NCBI GenBank assembly: GCA_030837445.1
Contig: JAUPKM010000075.1
Span: 1 to 36,833 of the forward strand
DNA length: 36,833 bases
Source of the DNA: Actinomycetota bacterium
GTDB lineage: Bacteria > Actinomycetota > Actinomycetes > S36-B12 > UBA10799
Reading direction: 5' to 3'
In this document: one piece after another, positions 8,454-19,400 of the stretch
How positions within the stretch are numbered: position 1 is the stretch's first letter
Layout of the letters: every line of letters starts with the position of its first letter
Notes under the pieces: model-generated
Seen by the model: only the letters and a program-made list of their open reading frames with translations
Database searches by the model: none
What the model was told of the DNA's origin: nothing
Made by a program: the position numbers and the translations under genes

Positions 8454-9469
8454 AGGTCTTCCTTCGGGTTGACGGGCGCGTGGCTGCGGGCGGAGGCGTA
8501 GCAGGCGGTGATGAAGGCGGCGTGCGCGAGATGGTCCTCGGGGGTTCCGGTGTTGGGGCGCAGGCCGGTGATGACGCGGCAGAAGTGATCGATCTGGCTG
8601 GCGGAGGCCGACGGCCAGCCCTGCTCGCGGGTCAGTGACTCGACCACGTCGCCGGCGTTGTTCAACCGGCGCAGGCGTCCGCGTTCGAGATCGACGATCC
8701 CCTGGCTTCCGACGACGCGGAGGCGCTCCGCCTTCGGCCCGATGAACCGCGACAGCAGCAGGGAGCCGTACAGGCCGCTGTCGTAGCCGAACTGGATGAG
8801 CGCGGTATCCTCCGCGTCGTAACGCCGGTCGGGCCGGGCCATGGTCGACAGGTCGGCGAGCACCCGGTCCGGGAGGCCGAAGTACCACAGGATCATGTCG
8901 ATGAGGTGGTAGCCCATGTCGATAACACAGCCACCTCCCGCCGTCCGGACATCTCCACGCCAGCCCTCCGACGGATCGGGGATGTGCAGCGTGTACTCGG
9001 CCTCCACCACGAACGGCGTCCCAATCTGGTCCGCGAGCTGCAAGAACGTGCTGTAGATCGGGTTGAAACGCCGCTGGAGCGTCACCATGAGCTGGATGCC
9101 CGCGGCGTCACAGATCGACGCCAGCTCCCTTGCCTCTGCCAGCGATGTCGCGAACGGCTTCTCCTTCAGCACGTGCACGTGACTGCGTGCGGCGGCCTCG
9201 ACGATGCCGCGCCCGGCGTGGTGGGGAACGGCCACGACGACGAAATCGAGTTCCTCCCGGGCCAGCATCTGCTCGACATCGGTGTATCCCGGCACGTGCA
9301 GCTCCATCTGCAGGGCCCGAACGAGCTCCGCGTCCTCGTCGCAGATCGCGGCCAGATCGGCGCCGTCATCACAACTCCCTACTCGCGGCACCCGGAGTGC
9401 GCTGGTGGAGGCCGGGCGTGCGACGGCCCTGGACGGCGGCACCGCCCGCCCGGCTGGCTGACCGGACAT
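8450..9469 (-). CDS. Gfo/Idh/MocA-family oxidoreductase, N-terminal dinucleotide-binding motif apparently degenerate
   Basis: Family-typical blocks AAICDEDAELVRAL..., DFVVVAVPHHAGRGIVEAAARSHVHVLKEKP and a C-terminal alpha/beta domain. The start is set at ATG 9469. I find no GxGxxG Rossmann strand in any frame upstream of ADLAAICDED, so the gene may be decayed. Confidence 0.75.
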   Translation of the reverse strand: MSGQPAGRAVPPSRAVARPASTSALRVPRVGSCDDGADLAAICDEDAELVRALQMELHVPGYTDVEQMLAREELDFVVVAVPHHAGRGIVEAAARSHVHVLKEKPFATSLAEARELASICDAAGIQLMVTLQRRFNPIYSTFLQLADQIGTPFVVEAEYTLHIPDPSEGWRGDVRTAGGGCVIDMGYHLIDMILWYFGLPDRVLADLSTMARPDRRYDAEDTALIQFGYDSGLYGSLLLSRFIGPKAERLRVVGSQGIVDLERGRLRRLNNAGDVVESLTREQGWPSASASQIDHFCRVITGLRPNTGTPEDHLAHAAFITACYASARSHAPVNPKEDL

Positions 9470-9678
9470 CTGATCGGAGGTGCCTGCCAGGCCTGGCGCG
9501 GGCGGCAGGGGGGGGCGGTCGCCCGCACCAGGGGATTCGTGGCATTCACCGATCAACGGCCGTACCGTGAACCCAACCGGGAACCAAACCGGACAACCAG
9601 GGCATGCCTGCCGCACCGCTGCCGCACTGTCGTTGCACCTATGGCCCTGGCCTGGGACAACATCGGTAGGGAGGTGGA

Positions 9679-10044
9679 ATGGGCAAGCGAATCCAGCTCG
9701 CGCAACGCCGCAAGTCCGTCGGCTGCAGCCAGGAGCAGCTCGCCGAGCGCCTCGGCGTCGACCGCTCGACCGTCGCCCGCTGGGAAGCCGGCGACACCGA
9801 GCCGCTCCCGTGGCTTCGCCCCAAGCTGGCCCGCATCCTCCAGGTCTCCCGCGACCAGCTCGACGCCTACCTCGACGAAGCCACGCTCACCCCGACCAAG
9901 GACGACGATCGCCTCGCCAACACCGTCCGTCATCCCGAGGCCGTTGACCTGGCCGCTGTCCACGGGCTGCGCGACAACCTCGACTCCCTCGACCGGGCCT
10001 ACGAGATCGCGCCGTCCAGCTCTCTCCTGGCCGAGACCGGCGCC
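9679..10044 (+). pseudogene. 5' fragment of an XRE-family regulator (HTH plus linker only)
   Basis: MGKRIQLAQRRKSVGCSQEQLAERLGVDRSTVARWEAGDTEP is an XRE HTH. Similarity to the usual actinobacterial XRE-TPR regulators ends at ...SSLLAETGA (10044). The open frame then runs out of frame through the next gene up to 10677. Confidence 0.6.
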
Positions 10045-10081
10045 TGTCCCTGCTCGCCTCGAGCTGACGAAGGGAACGCCG

Positions 10082-10807
10082 ATGACCCCGACGAACATCG
10101 ACCGAGCCAAGGACGCCGTCCGCAACCAGATCTGGGACGCGCTGGCCCGTGCCCAGGTGGTGCCGCCCGACGTCCACGGGCAATATTCCCCGACTTCGAC
10201 GGCGCCCACGCCACAGCAGACCGGCTCGCCGAGTTGCCCGTCTGGAAGAACGCCCGCCTCCTCGATCCCGGACACCTGACCGTCGCACCGGAGGAGGCGG
10301 CCGCTCACCAGACCGCCATGCAGATCGGCCAGCCCATCGATCTCGACCAGATGCAGCCCGTCGACCTGGTCGTCTGCGGCAGCGTCGCCGTCGATCGACG
10401 CGGCGCGCGGATCGGCAAGGGCGCCGGCTACTCCGACCTCGAAGTCGCCCTCCTCACCGAAGCCGGCCTGCTCACCGTCTCCACCACCATCGTGACCATC
10501 GTTCACGCCCTCCAAGTCGTCGAGTACGACCTGCCCGAGACCGACCACGACTTTCAGTGTCGACCTCATTGTCACCCCGGACGACGTCATCTCCTGCGGG
10601 CCGTCCCGCCGCCCTGTGGGTCTGTACTGGGACGAATTGGACCCAGAGACGGTTGCTGTCATCCCGGTGCTTCGTAGCTTGAGCGCATCGCATCGAGGGC
10701 TTCCAACTTCCCGAGGTGGTGAGCGTCGTGGGCCAGCGCTGGTGGATGGGCCGGATGTCTCTGGATCAAGAGGAAGCAAGCACGCCGATGAGATGGACAG
10801 GGACTAG
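10082..10807 (+). pseudogene. 5-formyltetrahydrofolate cyclo-ligase family gene with two compensating frameshifts
   Basis: The N-terminus MTPTNIDRAKDAVRNQIWDALARAQVVPPDVHG lies in one frame. The middle ...IFPDFDGAHATADRLAELPVWKNAR...PVDLVVCGSVAVDRRGARIGKGAGYSDLEVALLTEAGL...HALQVVEYDLPETDHDF lies in the frame of ORF 9679-10677. The C-terminal part FSVDLIVTPDDVISCGPSRRPVGLYWDELDPETVAVIPVLRSL is back in the first frame. The switches are at about 10181-10183 and at the T3 run 10552-10554. The 3' tail overlaps the convergent 786-aa gene. Confidence 0.65.
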
Positions 10808-13126
10808 ATGTTCGGCCGGGTCGACGTCCATTACTGGGTGCTCGGCAATCGCATCGAGCAGGTCGGCGATGCGCACGCCAAGGTCGGCATCAACGACGCT
10901 GTCCCTTGCCCGGCCTGCGACCGTCTCCATCTGCCCGGCGAGCCACGCTCCTAGCTTGCGGTGCACGCTGTGCAGCGTCCGCAGCGCCCACGCGACCCGT
11001 TCGGCCTCCGCCAACAGCGCGTCGTCGTTGACCGCGCGGGCGAAGCGGGCAACGTCAGCGCCGTCGGCAGGGCCGTCGACAGTGGCCCGCATCCAATGCC
11101 CGACCGCACTGGCGGTAGTGACCGTCGTTCCGGTCATCCGGTCCAGGATCTGCTGCTGCGTCAGGCCGCTGTCGCGGGCCGCCGCAGCGCGAGCGTGCCA
11201 GAAGTCCACCAGCATGCGCAGCGCCGCGTACTCCGTCCGCTCGGACAGCTTCTCGGCCAACGCCACTCGCAGGTCGGTGCGGGCGCCCCGGTCGACGAGC
11301 AGAAGCACGTCGCCGCTCTGCAACGCTTTCGCTGCGACCTGGGACAGGGTTGGGCCCCGGCGCCGGGTCACGAGCACGTTCGCCGGAAGCCAAAGCACTC
11401 GAGGACCGTCGGAGTCCTCCAGATGAACCGCGATCGCCAGCACATCATTGTCGATGCTGGTTTGCCCGCGGACGGACAGGGTGTCCGGGTCGTCCTCGGA
11501 GGCGGCGATGACCGCGCGTAGAACCCCAGTCACGTCCACGGCGAACGGGTCCCACGCCGCATCGTCCGCGCCAGCCAACTCGTCGGCGGCCACGGGCCGT
11601 AGGAAGCCACCGTCGACAATCCGGACTGCGGCCGCCGGATCGGGCTCGACTAGGCCGCAACCCGCAGTCACGCCCAGCACCGCAGCTGACACAGCGAAGG
11701 CCTCCATCCGCAGTTGCACCATCCGTGCCCTGGCCGCAACCGCTTGCCTCACCGCGCGGCGCCCTTCCATCGGCCCGCACGTCAACTGCAGCACCGCCGG
11801 TGCGGGCGGCAACGCCAGCAGCCCGGACTGGCCGCGCGGCAGCGTCCCCACGACGGCCACCGGCACGCCCGGATCCACGGTGCCACGCGCTGCGGCCATC
11901 ACTGTCTGCACCGCCACCGTCCGCTCCCAGCCGAGCGGGGTCCGCTGCGACTCCGCAAGGGCCGTTGTGACCGCGGCGGCTGCGGTCGCACCGCGCACCA
12001 GCAGCGTCGCCCGCTCCCCTGCCTCGACCCTGGCTGTGACCCAGTCGACGAGCTGGCCGGTCCGCGGCTGCTCAGTCGCTGCGCAGAGTGCGTCGGCGAG
12101 CGCGTCTGCAAACCTCAGCCATACGTCCCGGCTGCTGATCGTGTGCTCGGCATAGCCGCGGGCCGTTTCGACCAAGGCCCCGAGCCGCACCCGATACGGG
12201 TTCGTCCCGGCAAACCGGTCGTAAACGTCCGGACGGACCGGGGTTGACGCAGCCGCATGGAAGGCCGTCCAGGCCCATCGCAGCCCGACGGGCTCAACAT
12301 CCGCGGAACTTACCAACTGGCCCGCCGCCTTCCAGAGCTCGTCGACCGCCGAATCAAGCGCTCCATCAGATCGCGGCACGACAATGTCGACCACAGCGGA
12401 GCCGGTGGCCTGCAACTGCTGCACATTGGCGAGCATCGCCCCCGCGTCGGCCCTGCGGGGCACTGCGGCTGGCCCCGTCAGCATCGGCAGGCAAGCGGCG
12501 TCCCATGCCCACACCACCCCTCCGGCACCGCGAACCGCGTCCAAGGCGGTGTCGTATGGGTCGCCGGTCAGGTAGATGACCGGTACCCGGCGCCCGATCT
12601 GCTGTAGCACTGCGGTGAGTTCGTCAGCCGTGGCTGCTCCGGCCGCAATGATGACGCCTTCGAGCCGCTCAAGCAGCGGGAGTAGCCGCGCGATCCGCCC
12701 GGTCAGGTACACCCGGCCGCCGGCGTCCAGCTTCGGCCGGCCAATTACCTGCGGATACCCGGCCTCGGTCATCGCTGCGCGGGGTACGAAGTCAACCAGG
12801 CGTTGCTCCCCGAACGCCAGCTCGTCGTACAGGTCTCGGTCGGCCAGCCGCACTGATGCGACCCCGATATGAGGGTTCAGCCTGCCGCGGTGCAGCGCGG
12901 CCGTGACGACCGCGGACGCGGCTAGCACTACCGGCGCCGCAGTGACGACTGCCGGCACCACTACCGCCAACGGTATTCGGGCGGCCATCGCGGCGTCTGC
13001 AACCCGCAGCAGTTCGACGTCCAGCTCTGTCGGGGCGAACGGCAGCGGCTGGCCGCCGTCCCTTCCACGCGTCAACAGCCCGGACATGACGCAATCGCTC
13101 AGCCCGCGAGTACCGGCAACGCTCAT
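10766..13126 (-). CDS. 786-aa protein of unknown function, divergent partner of the helicase/DUF1998 operon
   Basis: Uninterrupted 2361-nt ORF with an ATG start and Ala/Val/Leu/Arg-rich globular-looking sequence. I see no Walker A, DEAH, HKD, SAM-binding or nuclease motif. Its size and position next to a DrmA/DrmB-like pair recall DrmE, but I cannot verify that. Confidence 0.75.
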   Translation of the reverse strand: MSVAGTRGLSDCVMSGLLTRGRDGGQPLPFAPTELDVELLRVADAAMAARIPLAVVVPAVVTAAPVVLAASAVVTAALHRGRLNPHIGVASVRLADRDLYDELAFGEQRLVDFVPRAAMTEAGYPQVIGRPKLDAGGRVYLTGRIARLLPLLERLEGVIIAAGAATADELTAVLQQIGRRVPVIYLTGDPYDTALDAVRGAGGVVWAWDAACLPMLTGPAAVPRRADAGAMLANVQQLQATGSAVVDIVVPRSDGALDSAVDELWKAAGQLVSSADVEPVGLRWAWTAFHAAASTPVRPDVYDRFAGTNPYRVRLGALVETARGYAEHTISSRDVWLRFADALADALCAATEQPRTGQLVDWVTARVEAGERATLLVRGATAAAAVTTALAESQRTPLGWERTVAVQTVMAAARGTVDPGVPVAVVGTLPRGQSGLLALPPAPAVLQLTCGPMEGRRAVRQAVAARARMVQLRMEAFAVSAAVLGVTAGCGLVEPDPAAAVRIVDGGFLRPVAADELAGADDAAWDPFAVDVTGVLRAVIAASEDDPDTLSVRGQTSIDNDVLAIAVHLEDSDGPRVLWLPANVLVTRRRGPTLSQVAAKALQSGDVLLLVDRGARTDLRVALAEKLSERTEYAALRMLVDFWHARAAAARDSGLTQQQILDRMTGTTVTTASAVGHWMRATVDGPADGADVARFARAVNDDALLAEAERVAWALRTLHSVHRKLGAWLAGQMETVAGRARDSVVDADLGVRIADLLDAIAEHPVMDVDPAEHLVPVHLIGVLASS

Positions 13127-13446
13127 GAGCCGGAACGATAGACCGGCCTAGACTGGCGTCGATCAGCCATTCGAGATCGAGTCTGTCGTATTAAACCCAA
13201 AATCGGTGATCTTCGCTTCACTGAGGCCTAAGATCAGGCTTGCATGGGGTGCCTTCCTTCGTTTCGGGTCTCCAGGCGCCGGATTGTGGCAGACCCTCCG
13301 AGTATTGCAACTCTTGGATTTAGGCAACAAGCTCCATCATCTGCTCTGTCGTACTTGGGTCGTACGGTGAGTCTCACATCAGCGCGGGCTGACCCAGTCG
13401 GCAGACTTTCGGACGGCGGCAGGTCCACACGGGGAGGACGCGGGTA
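13127..13446. promoter_or_regulatory. Divergent intergenic/promoter region, visibly lower GC than its flanks
   Basis: 320 bp between the two divergent start codons. It has AT-rich patches unusual for this DNA (GTATTAAACCCAAAATCGG, TTGGATTTAGGCAACAAG). GGGGAGGA lies 9 nt upstream of the GTG at 13447. No promoter hexamers can be assigned with confidence. Confidence 0.5.
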
Positions 13447-16400
13447 GTGAGCAGGAGCGAGCATGGCGCGGACCGCGACACTGATGACATCAGGAGCATG
13501 GCGGCCACCGACGACAGCGGCCAGCACGGGGCCTCGCACACCGTCGGTTCAGCTCTGACTGAGCAGGAGAGAGAGACGCTTCGCCGTGCAAAGATTTGCC
13601 GTGCCGCGGCTGGGTGCCTCACCCAGTCCGACCTGGTCAGCGAGTTGCCGCGGCTAAGCGGCAGCGACGTTCGGTGGGTGCGGCGGCGGACCCAGATCCG
13701 TCCGAACGCTCCGACTGCGGCGCTGGCTCGCGCGGTGCGCACCATATTGGTCCGCTCGGACGAGAAGCGGACCGCGTCGATCCTGCACGACTGCCTGCAC
13801 TACGGCGTGTTGTCTACCAATGTCGCCTCGCAACTGCCGATCCCCGAAATGGCCGCGCTGCTGGCCGGTGACATCGACGGCATGATCAGCCTCGGTGACC
13901 AGCCGATCTACCAGACGCTGCTTGACGCGGAGGAGTTCGGCACCACGCGGACCGCGCGGGTCTCGGCGTGGGCGTCGATGATCTGCATAGGCCATTCCGC
14001 CGACATCATGGCACTGGCCTGGCTGGTCGCCGACCTGCCGGAGGAGTGGCCAGATGCGCAGCGGCAGGCGCTGGTCAATGTGTGGGAGAGTGTCCGGTTC
14101 CGGACGCCGGACCTGCCAGAGAAGCCGATGCGTTTCGAGGACCTCGTCGACGTGGTCATCGACGCTGACGCCGAGATGCACAGCGACAAGTTCGAGGACG
14201 TCGACGAGCCCGCCATCCTCGAAAGGCCCGCCACAGCACACGCGAGCGTGACGGAGCCGTGCGGCGATGTCTCATGCCCCGCCACGGCTGACGCGCTGGC
14301 TGCGGGAGGTGGCGCCGCATCCGAGCTGGCCGAGCTCGACATGCCGTCGCTGCAGCGCGTGCTCGATGACTTAGAGCAGCTCCGCTGCCACTTGGAGGAC
14401 GAGGCGGCGCCCGCCCTCGCCGAAGCCGTCGCTGCGGGGCGTCCCCCGGCGGAGGCACATGTCGTCGCGGTCACCGTCTACACCCGACAGCTCACCTCGG
14501 TGTTCAACGCGCTTGCGAGGCTCACGGGGACTGCACGGCCGGAGACGCTTGCCGACGCACGGCACGCGGTCGAGGATGCGCTGGCTGCCACCATGGAGGC
14601 GGACCAGACGGCCGCCCGGCTGGACCGGGTCCGGCAAGTGGCGACGCTGCACGGGCCGGAGTACGTCGCAGCGGCCGTAGCCCGAGTCGCGGCCCTCGCC
14701 GCCGGCGTTGACGACACGACCTCGCCGGAGACACTGACCGGGCTGGAGGCGCTGTGCGACATCATCGACCTCGCTGGCGGTGACCCGCGCCGGGCCGTCG
14801 AACTCGGCGAGGTCGTCACCCGGAATCTGCCGGCCGCGATCCCGCTTCTCATGTTTGCGACCACCGCCGACGCCGTCACCTACACCGCAACACCCGCAGG
14901 CGCCGACTTCCCCGGCGAACCCGCCGCTGCCGGGCTCATCGCCACCCAGCTGGCGGCAGTGCCCGGTGAGGTCCAGGCGACCGCGAAAGCGCACGCCGCC
15001 GCGGCTGAGCCTGTCGATGCAGAATCCGTCGCCGAACCGGCCGGGGTAATGACACCCGCGCTCTACACCGACGTGCCACTCGCCGTTACGGCCGAGGAAA
15101 CCACTTCTCCAACGCCTGGCCGTGCTGTCGACGAGACCACTCCGGATGATGCGGTCGCGGGGCTCGACACCGACGCGGAGCCGGACCTCGAGAACGTCCT
15201 CGCCGGGCTCGACCTCACCGTTCCGCTCCCCGCCGCCCGGCAGCCCAGCCACGCAGCCCCCGAGAAGACCACCGAGCCCAGGCCGTCCGCCGGTGATACA
15301 CCCGACGTCGACACGTCCGACGCCAGCCACGTGGACATGCTCTACACCGATCTGCTCGACCACGACCAGTACGCGCTTGCGTACTGGCTCACCACCGCCG
15401 AAAGCGCTCCGGCCGCAGTGAGCACGGCGTATCGACTCGCCGCGCACGCTGCCGCGATCAAGACTTCCACCGGCTCAAATGCGGCGGCATTCACCGCCGC
15501 CGTCACCAACCTCGACGCCGGCACCGTCCGGGACATGCCCGACACCCAGATGCTGATCTACGCCGCCGCCGTCCGCGCCGGGTTGCTGTCCCCGTCGGCC
15601 GGCGCGGCAGGGCCGTTGCGCGACATCGCGACCAGCATTCCCCGCTACGGCAAGGCGGTCGAGGAGCTTCACGACGCGCTGCTCACGGCGATCTACAGCG
15701 GCATCTACCTCACCCCGTGCAGCATCAACGCTGTGGCCGAAGCCGCGGAAGCCGACCAGGTCCTGCAAACCCTCACGGCCGTCGCCAAAGAGCTACTCGC
15801 CAGGCCCCGTACCATCCTCTATGCCCCGGCGACCGAACTCTGGCAGACCTGGATGGCGCCAGACGGCTACCTCGGCCGCCCGCTGAGCATCATCGCAGCC
15901 GGGCAAATGGCCCCGTACGCTGTCGCGCTCATCCGCGACCGCATCGCGAACCTCCGTTCCCGGTCTACGCTCGAAGCGACCATCGACCGCGACACGCCCC
16001 GCAGCACTGGCAAGCGCAGCAAGCGGATAGAGTCCCGAGCCCGAGAGAAGCTGCTCGCCTGGACCGGCGAGGTCACCGAGCTGCTGTCGAACTGGATCAC
16101 CGCCTTCGAGAATCTCACCGGCCCCAACGCCGATTCCTGGATGAACGACCCGATGACCGAGCTGCGCACGCGGGTCGTCGCCGTTCGCGACCAGGCCCTG
16201 ACCGAGCTCGCCCGCCGCAGTGAAACCGACGTCGAAGCGCGTCACGCCGCCCACAAAGCCGGACTGCGGCTCCTCACCGACGCCCTCGACCTGCTCGTCG
16301 GCACTGCCGCAGTCCCCGTCGGGCCCGAGGTGTCGGCCGATCGGGTCCTCGGCGGACCGCTCACCGGTGCCGCCAACCTGCCGCTCACCGGCGCTGGCGA

Positions 16401-19400
16401 ACCCGCCTGGCCGATTACCGTCGACGACGTCCTCGCCGCGGTCCGGACCGCCCAGGCTGGCTCGGCCGGGTGGCGTGCCGCATACGAACAGCGGGCCGCC
16501 CGCCACGACCATGTCGGCACGCAGCTGCTCATCGAGCACGTGCGCTCCACCGACGCACAGCTGGCCGCTGTGCTCACCGACGCCCGGGATCAGGCCATCG
16601 CCACCTCCACCGCCAAACTCGACACCGTAGTCACGGCCCTGGACACCCGGATCGACTCCGACCGGCTCTTCAGCCGCGTCACCGTTGAGGAATGGACCGA
16701 CCTGTCCACTCGGGTCCGCGCCCACCAGGCTGGCCCGCGAGGTACGCGCCGCGACTACGGCGCCATGTTCGCTGACCTCGCCGCCATCGAGGGTGACCGG
16801 GCCGCCGCCGTCGGGCGCCGCATCGCCGCAGCCCGCGCCGCCCTCGACACGACCGGCATGGCTTCGGATGACGCAGACCGGATCCAGCGCTGCCTCGACG
16901 ACGGCGACCTCATCACTGCCGCCGAGTACATCGAGACGCTCGCCACCGACAGGAAACTGCCTGGCCCTCGCGACACGGTCGACCACGTGCGCCGGTTCTT
17001 CCCCGCGTTCTGCGATGTGTTCGCATCCCGCTGGAGCGCCAGCAACAGCACCCACCCGCTGCTGCGCGACCTGCAGACGGCGCTGCCGGCTGGCCGCGTC
17101 CCCAGCGACCCGGCACTGGCCGGGCTGCTCGCCGACGCCGGCATCGACCTCGCGGACCTGACCCGCGGCAAGACCATCGCCGAACGGGTCGACCACTGGA
17201 ACAAGCTCGCGGTCAGCCGCACGTTCGACGCCCGCATCGGCAACGTCAAGGCCGTCCTTGAGCAGATCGGGTTCATCTTCGACAAGTCGACCAATCCCCC
17301 TGTCAAGCGCGGCCAGGGCGGCGGGCGCGGCTCGTGGCTAGACCTGCACGGCGTGCGCGCCACCGCCGGCAAAGCAATCATTCCGGCGTTCGGGACGGCG
17401 ATGAGCCCGTCCGGAGACACGCTGCGGCTGCTCGCGGTGTGGAAGAGCCCGACGCCAGCCGAGCTGGTGGAGATGCTGCGCAGCGAACCGACCGACCAGT
17501 CGATCGTCCTGCTGTACTTCGGCTCCCTCGACGCCGCCGCCCGCCGCGAACTGGCCCGCCAGTTCCGTAGCGGCCGCAAGCTGGCCCCGACCGCCATCAT
17601 CGACGACGCCGCGATGGCCTACCTGGCCTGCCAGCCGACCCCCGGCCGGGACGTGACAATGGCGGTCACGCTGCCGTTCACGTTCTCGTCCCCGTTCACC
17701 CCAGACGTACCAGGTGTCAACGTGCCGCAGGAGATGTTCTACGGCCGGGCCGAGGAACGGGACAAGGTCGTCGACATGATGGGCCCGTGCGTCGTGTACG
17801 GCGGTCGGCAGCTGGGCAAATCCGCGTTACTGAGGGCCGCCGAGCGCGAGTTCGACGACGGCAGCACCCGGCACGCGATCTACGAGTCGATCTTCCACAT
17901 CGGCAAGTCTGCCCCGGCCGAAGCGGTCTGGACGACGCTGTGGCCGCGGCTGGCGGACAAGGGCATCGTCCCGGATACTGCCCCGGCCAGCGACGTCGCG
18001 GTCACGCTCACCGGGCACGTCGCCGACTGGGTGACCGCCCGCCCGAGCCGGCAACTGCTGCTCCTGCTGGACGAGTCCGACTCGTTTCTCGACGCCGACG
18101 CGAACGCCGCCGGCGGGATGTTCACGCAGGTCGTGCAGTTCAAGTTGCTGATGGAACGGACCCACCGCGCGGTCAAGATCGTTTTCGCCGGTCTGCACCA
18201 AACCGCCCGCTTCGAACGGCTCGCCAACCACCCGCTCGCGCACTTCGGCGAGCCGGTCTGCGTCGGGCCCCTCGCGCCGCAGGCCGCGTACGAACTGCTC
18301 ATCCGGCCGCTAGACGCACTCGGGTTCCGCTTCGCAGACACCGACCAGGCCGCCCGGGTGTTGGCCCTGACGAACAACCAGCCAGCGCTGATCCAGCTGT
18401 TCGCTGCCAGACTGCTGCGCAACCTGCAGGGCGCCCCGATTCTCGACGACGCGCCGCCGCAGACCATCGCCGCCGACGACGTCGAGCAGGTGTGGGCCGA
18501 CCCGACGCTGCGGCGCCAGTTCCGCAAGCGATTCGACTGGACCCTCGACCTGGACCCGCACTACAAGGTGATCGCGTACAGCGTTGCGCAGAACGCGCAC
18601 GCTGCCGGCGTCGACGCCGCGATGACCCCCGGCGTGCTGCGCGCCGAGTGCGAGCAGTGGTGGCCCGCAGGCTTCGCCGCCGAGGACATCCGCGCCGGCG
18701 AGTTCCGTGCCCTGCTCGACGAGTCTGTCGACCTCGGGGTGCTGTCGGTGACCGAGCGCGGCTACCGGCTGCGGACCCCGAACGTCCTCGACCTGCTTGG
18801 CAACCGCGACGAGGTCGACGAGGTCCTCGAGCGGGCCGCGTCCTTCGAGGCACCGGAGTCGTTCGACGGATCACTGATGCGGCCGGTGTACGGCGCCGGC
18901 CCGACCCGGGCGCCGCTAACCGCGCAGCAGATCGCCGACTTGCTCGCCCCCCGCCGCCAGGTCCGCCTGCTGGTCGGGTCTAGCGCGCTCGACGTCGACC
19001 GGTGCCTGGCGGTGCTAGAGAAGGAGAACGGGAACGCCGCGACCGGGAATCGGAGAGCGGTACTGGTGCGGGCCACGCCTGGCGGGCTGGAGAACAAGTG
19101 CCGCAGCATGCCGCTGCACAGCGCCGGGCACCACGCCGTCGTCCTGGTCGACATGAAGGACGCCACCGCCGAGCAGGCGCTGCACGTGTGGCGGCGGGCG
19201 CGGGCGCTGATCGCGTCGCACACCGGCGGCACCCTCGGGATCGTGCAAGTGAGCGGCCCGGCGCAGGCGGCCGCATGGCCGGTCGCGGCGCGGGAGTCGG
19301 ACACTTCCTCCGGCCTGACCGAGCTGCGCCGCTACGACGACACCGACCTGCGGCTGTGGTTCGCGCAGGAGTCGCTGCCATTCCAGGACGCCGCGTCCCG

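Noticed and set aside
8906-10279. 457-aa plus-strand ORF
   Set aside because: Most of it is antisense to the Gfo/Idh/MocA gene and reads as Arg/Pro/Ser-rich junk. Only its last ~35 codons (from ATG 10082) are real, as the N-terminus of the 5-FTHF cyclo-ligase pseudogene.
9553-10779. 408-aa minus-strand ORF
   Set aside because: It is antisense to the XRE fragment and the cyclo-ligase pseudogene. The Gly/Val/Asp/Glu-rich composition has no motifs.
13320-13327. TAGGCAAC in the divergent promoter region, identical to the half-site of the RHH operator at 35071-35099
   Set aside because: It is a single 8-mer without a palindromic partner. One chance occurrence in ~74 kb of two-strand sequence is plausible.
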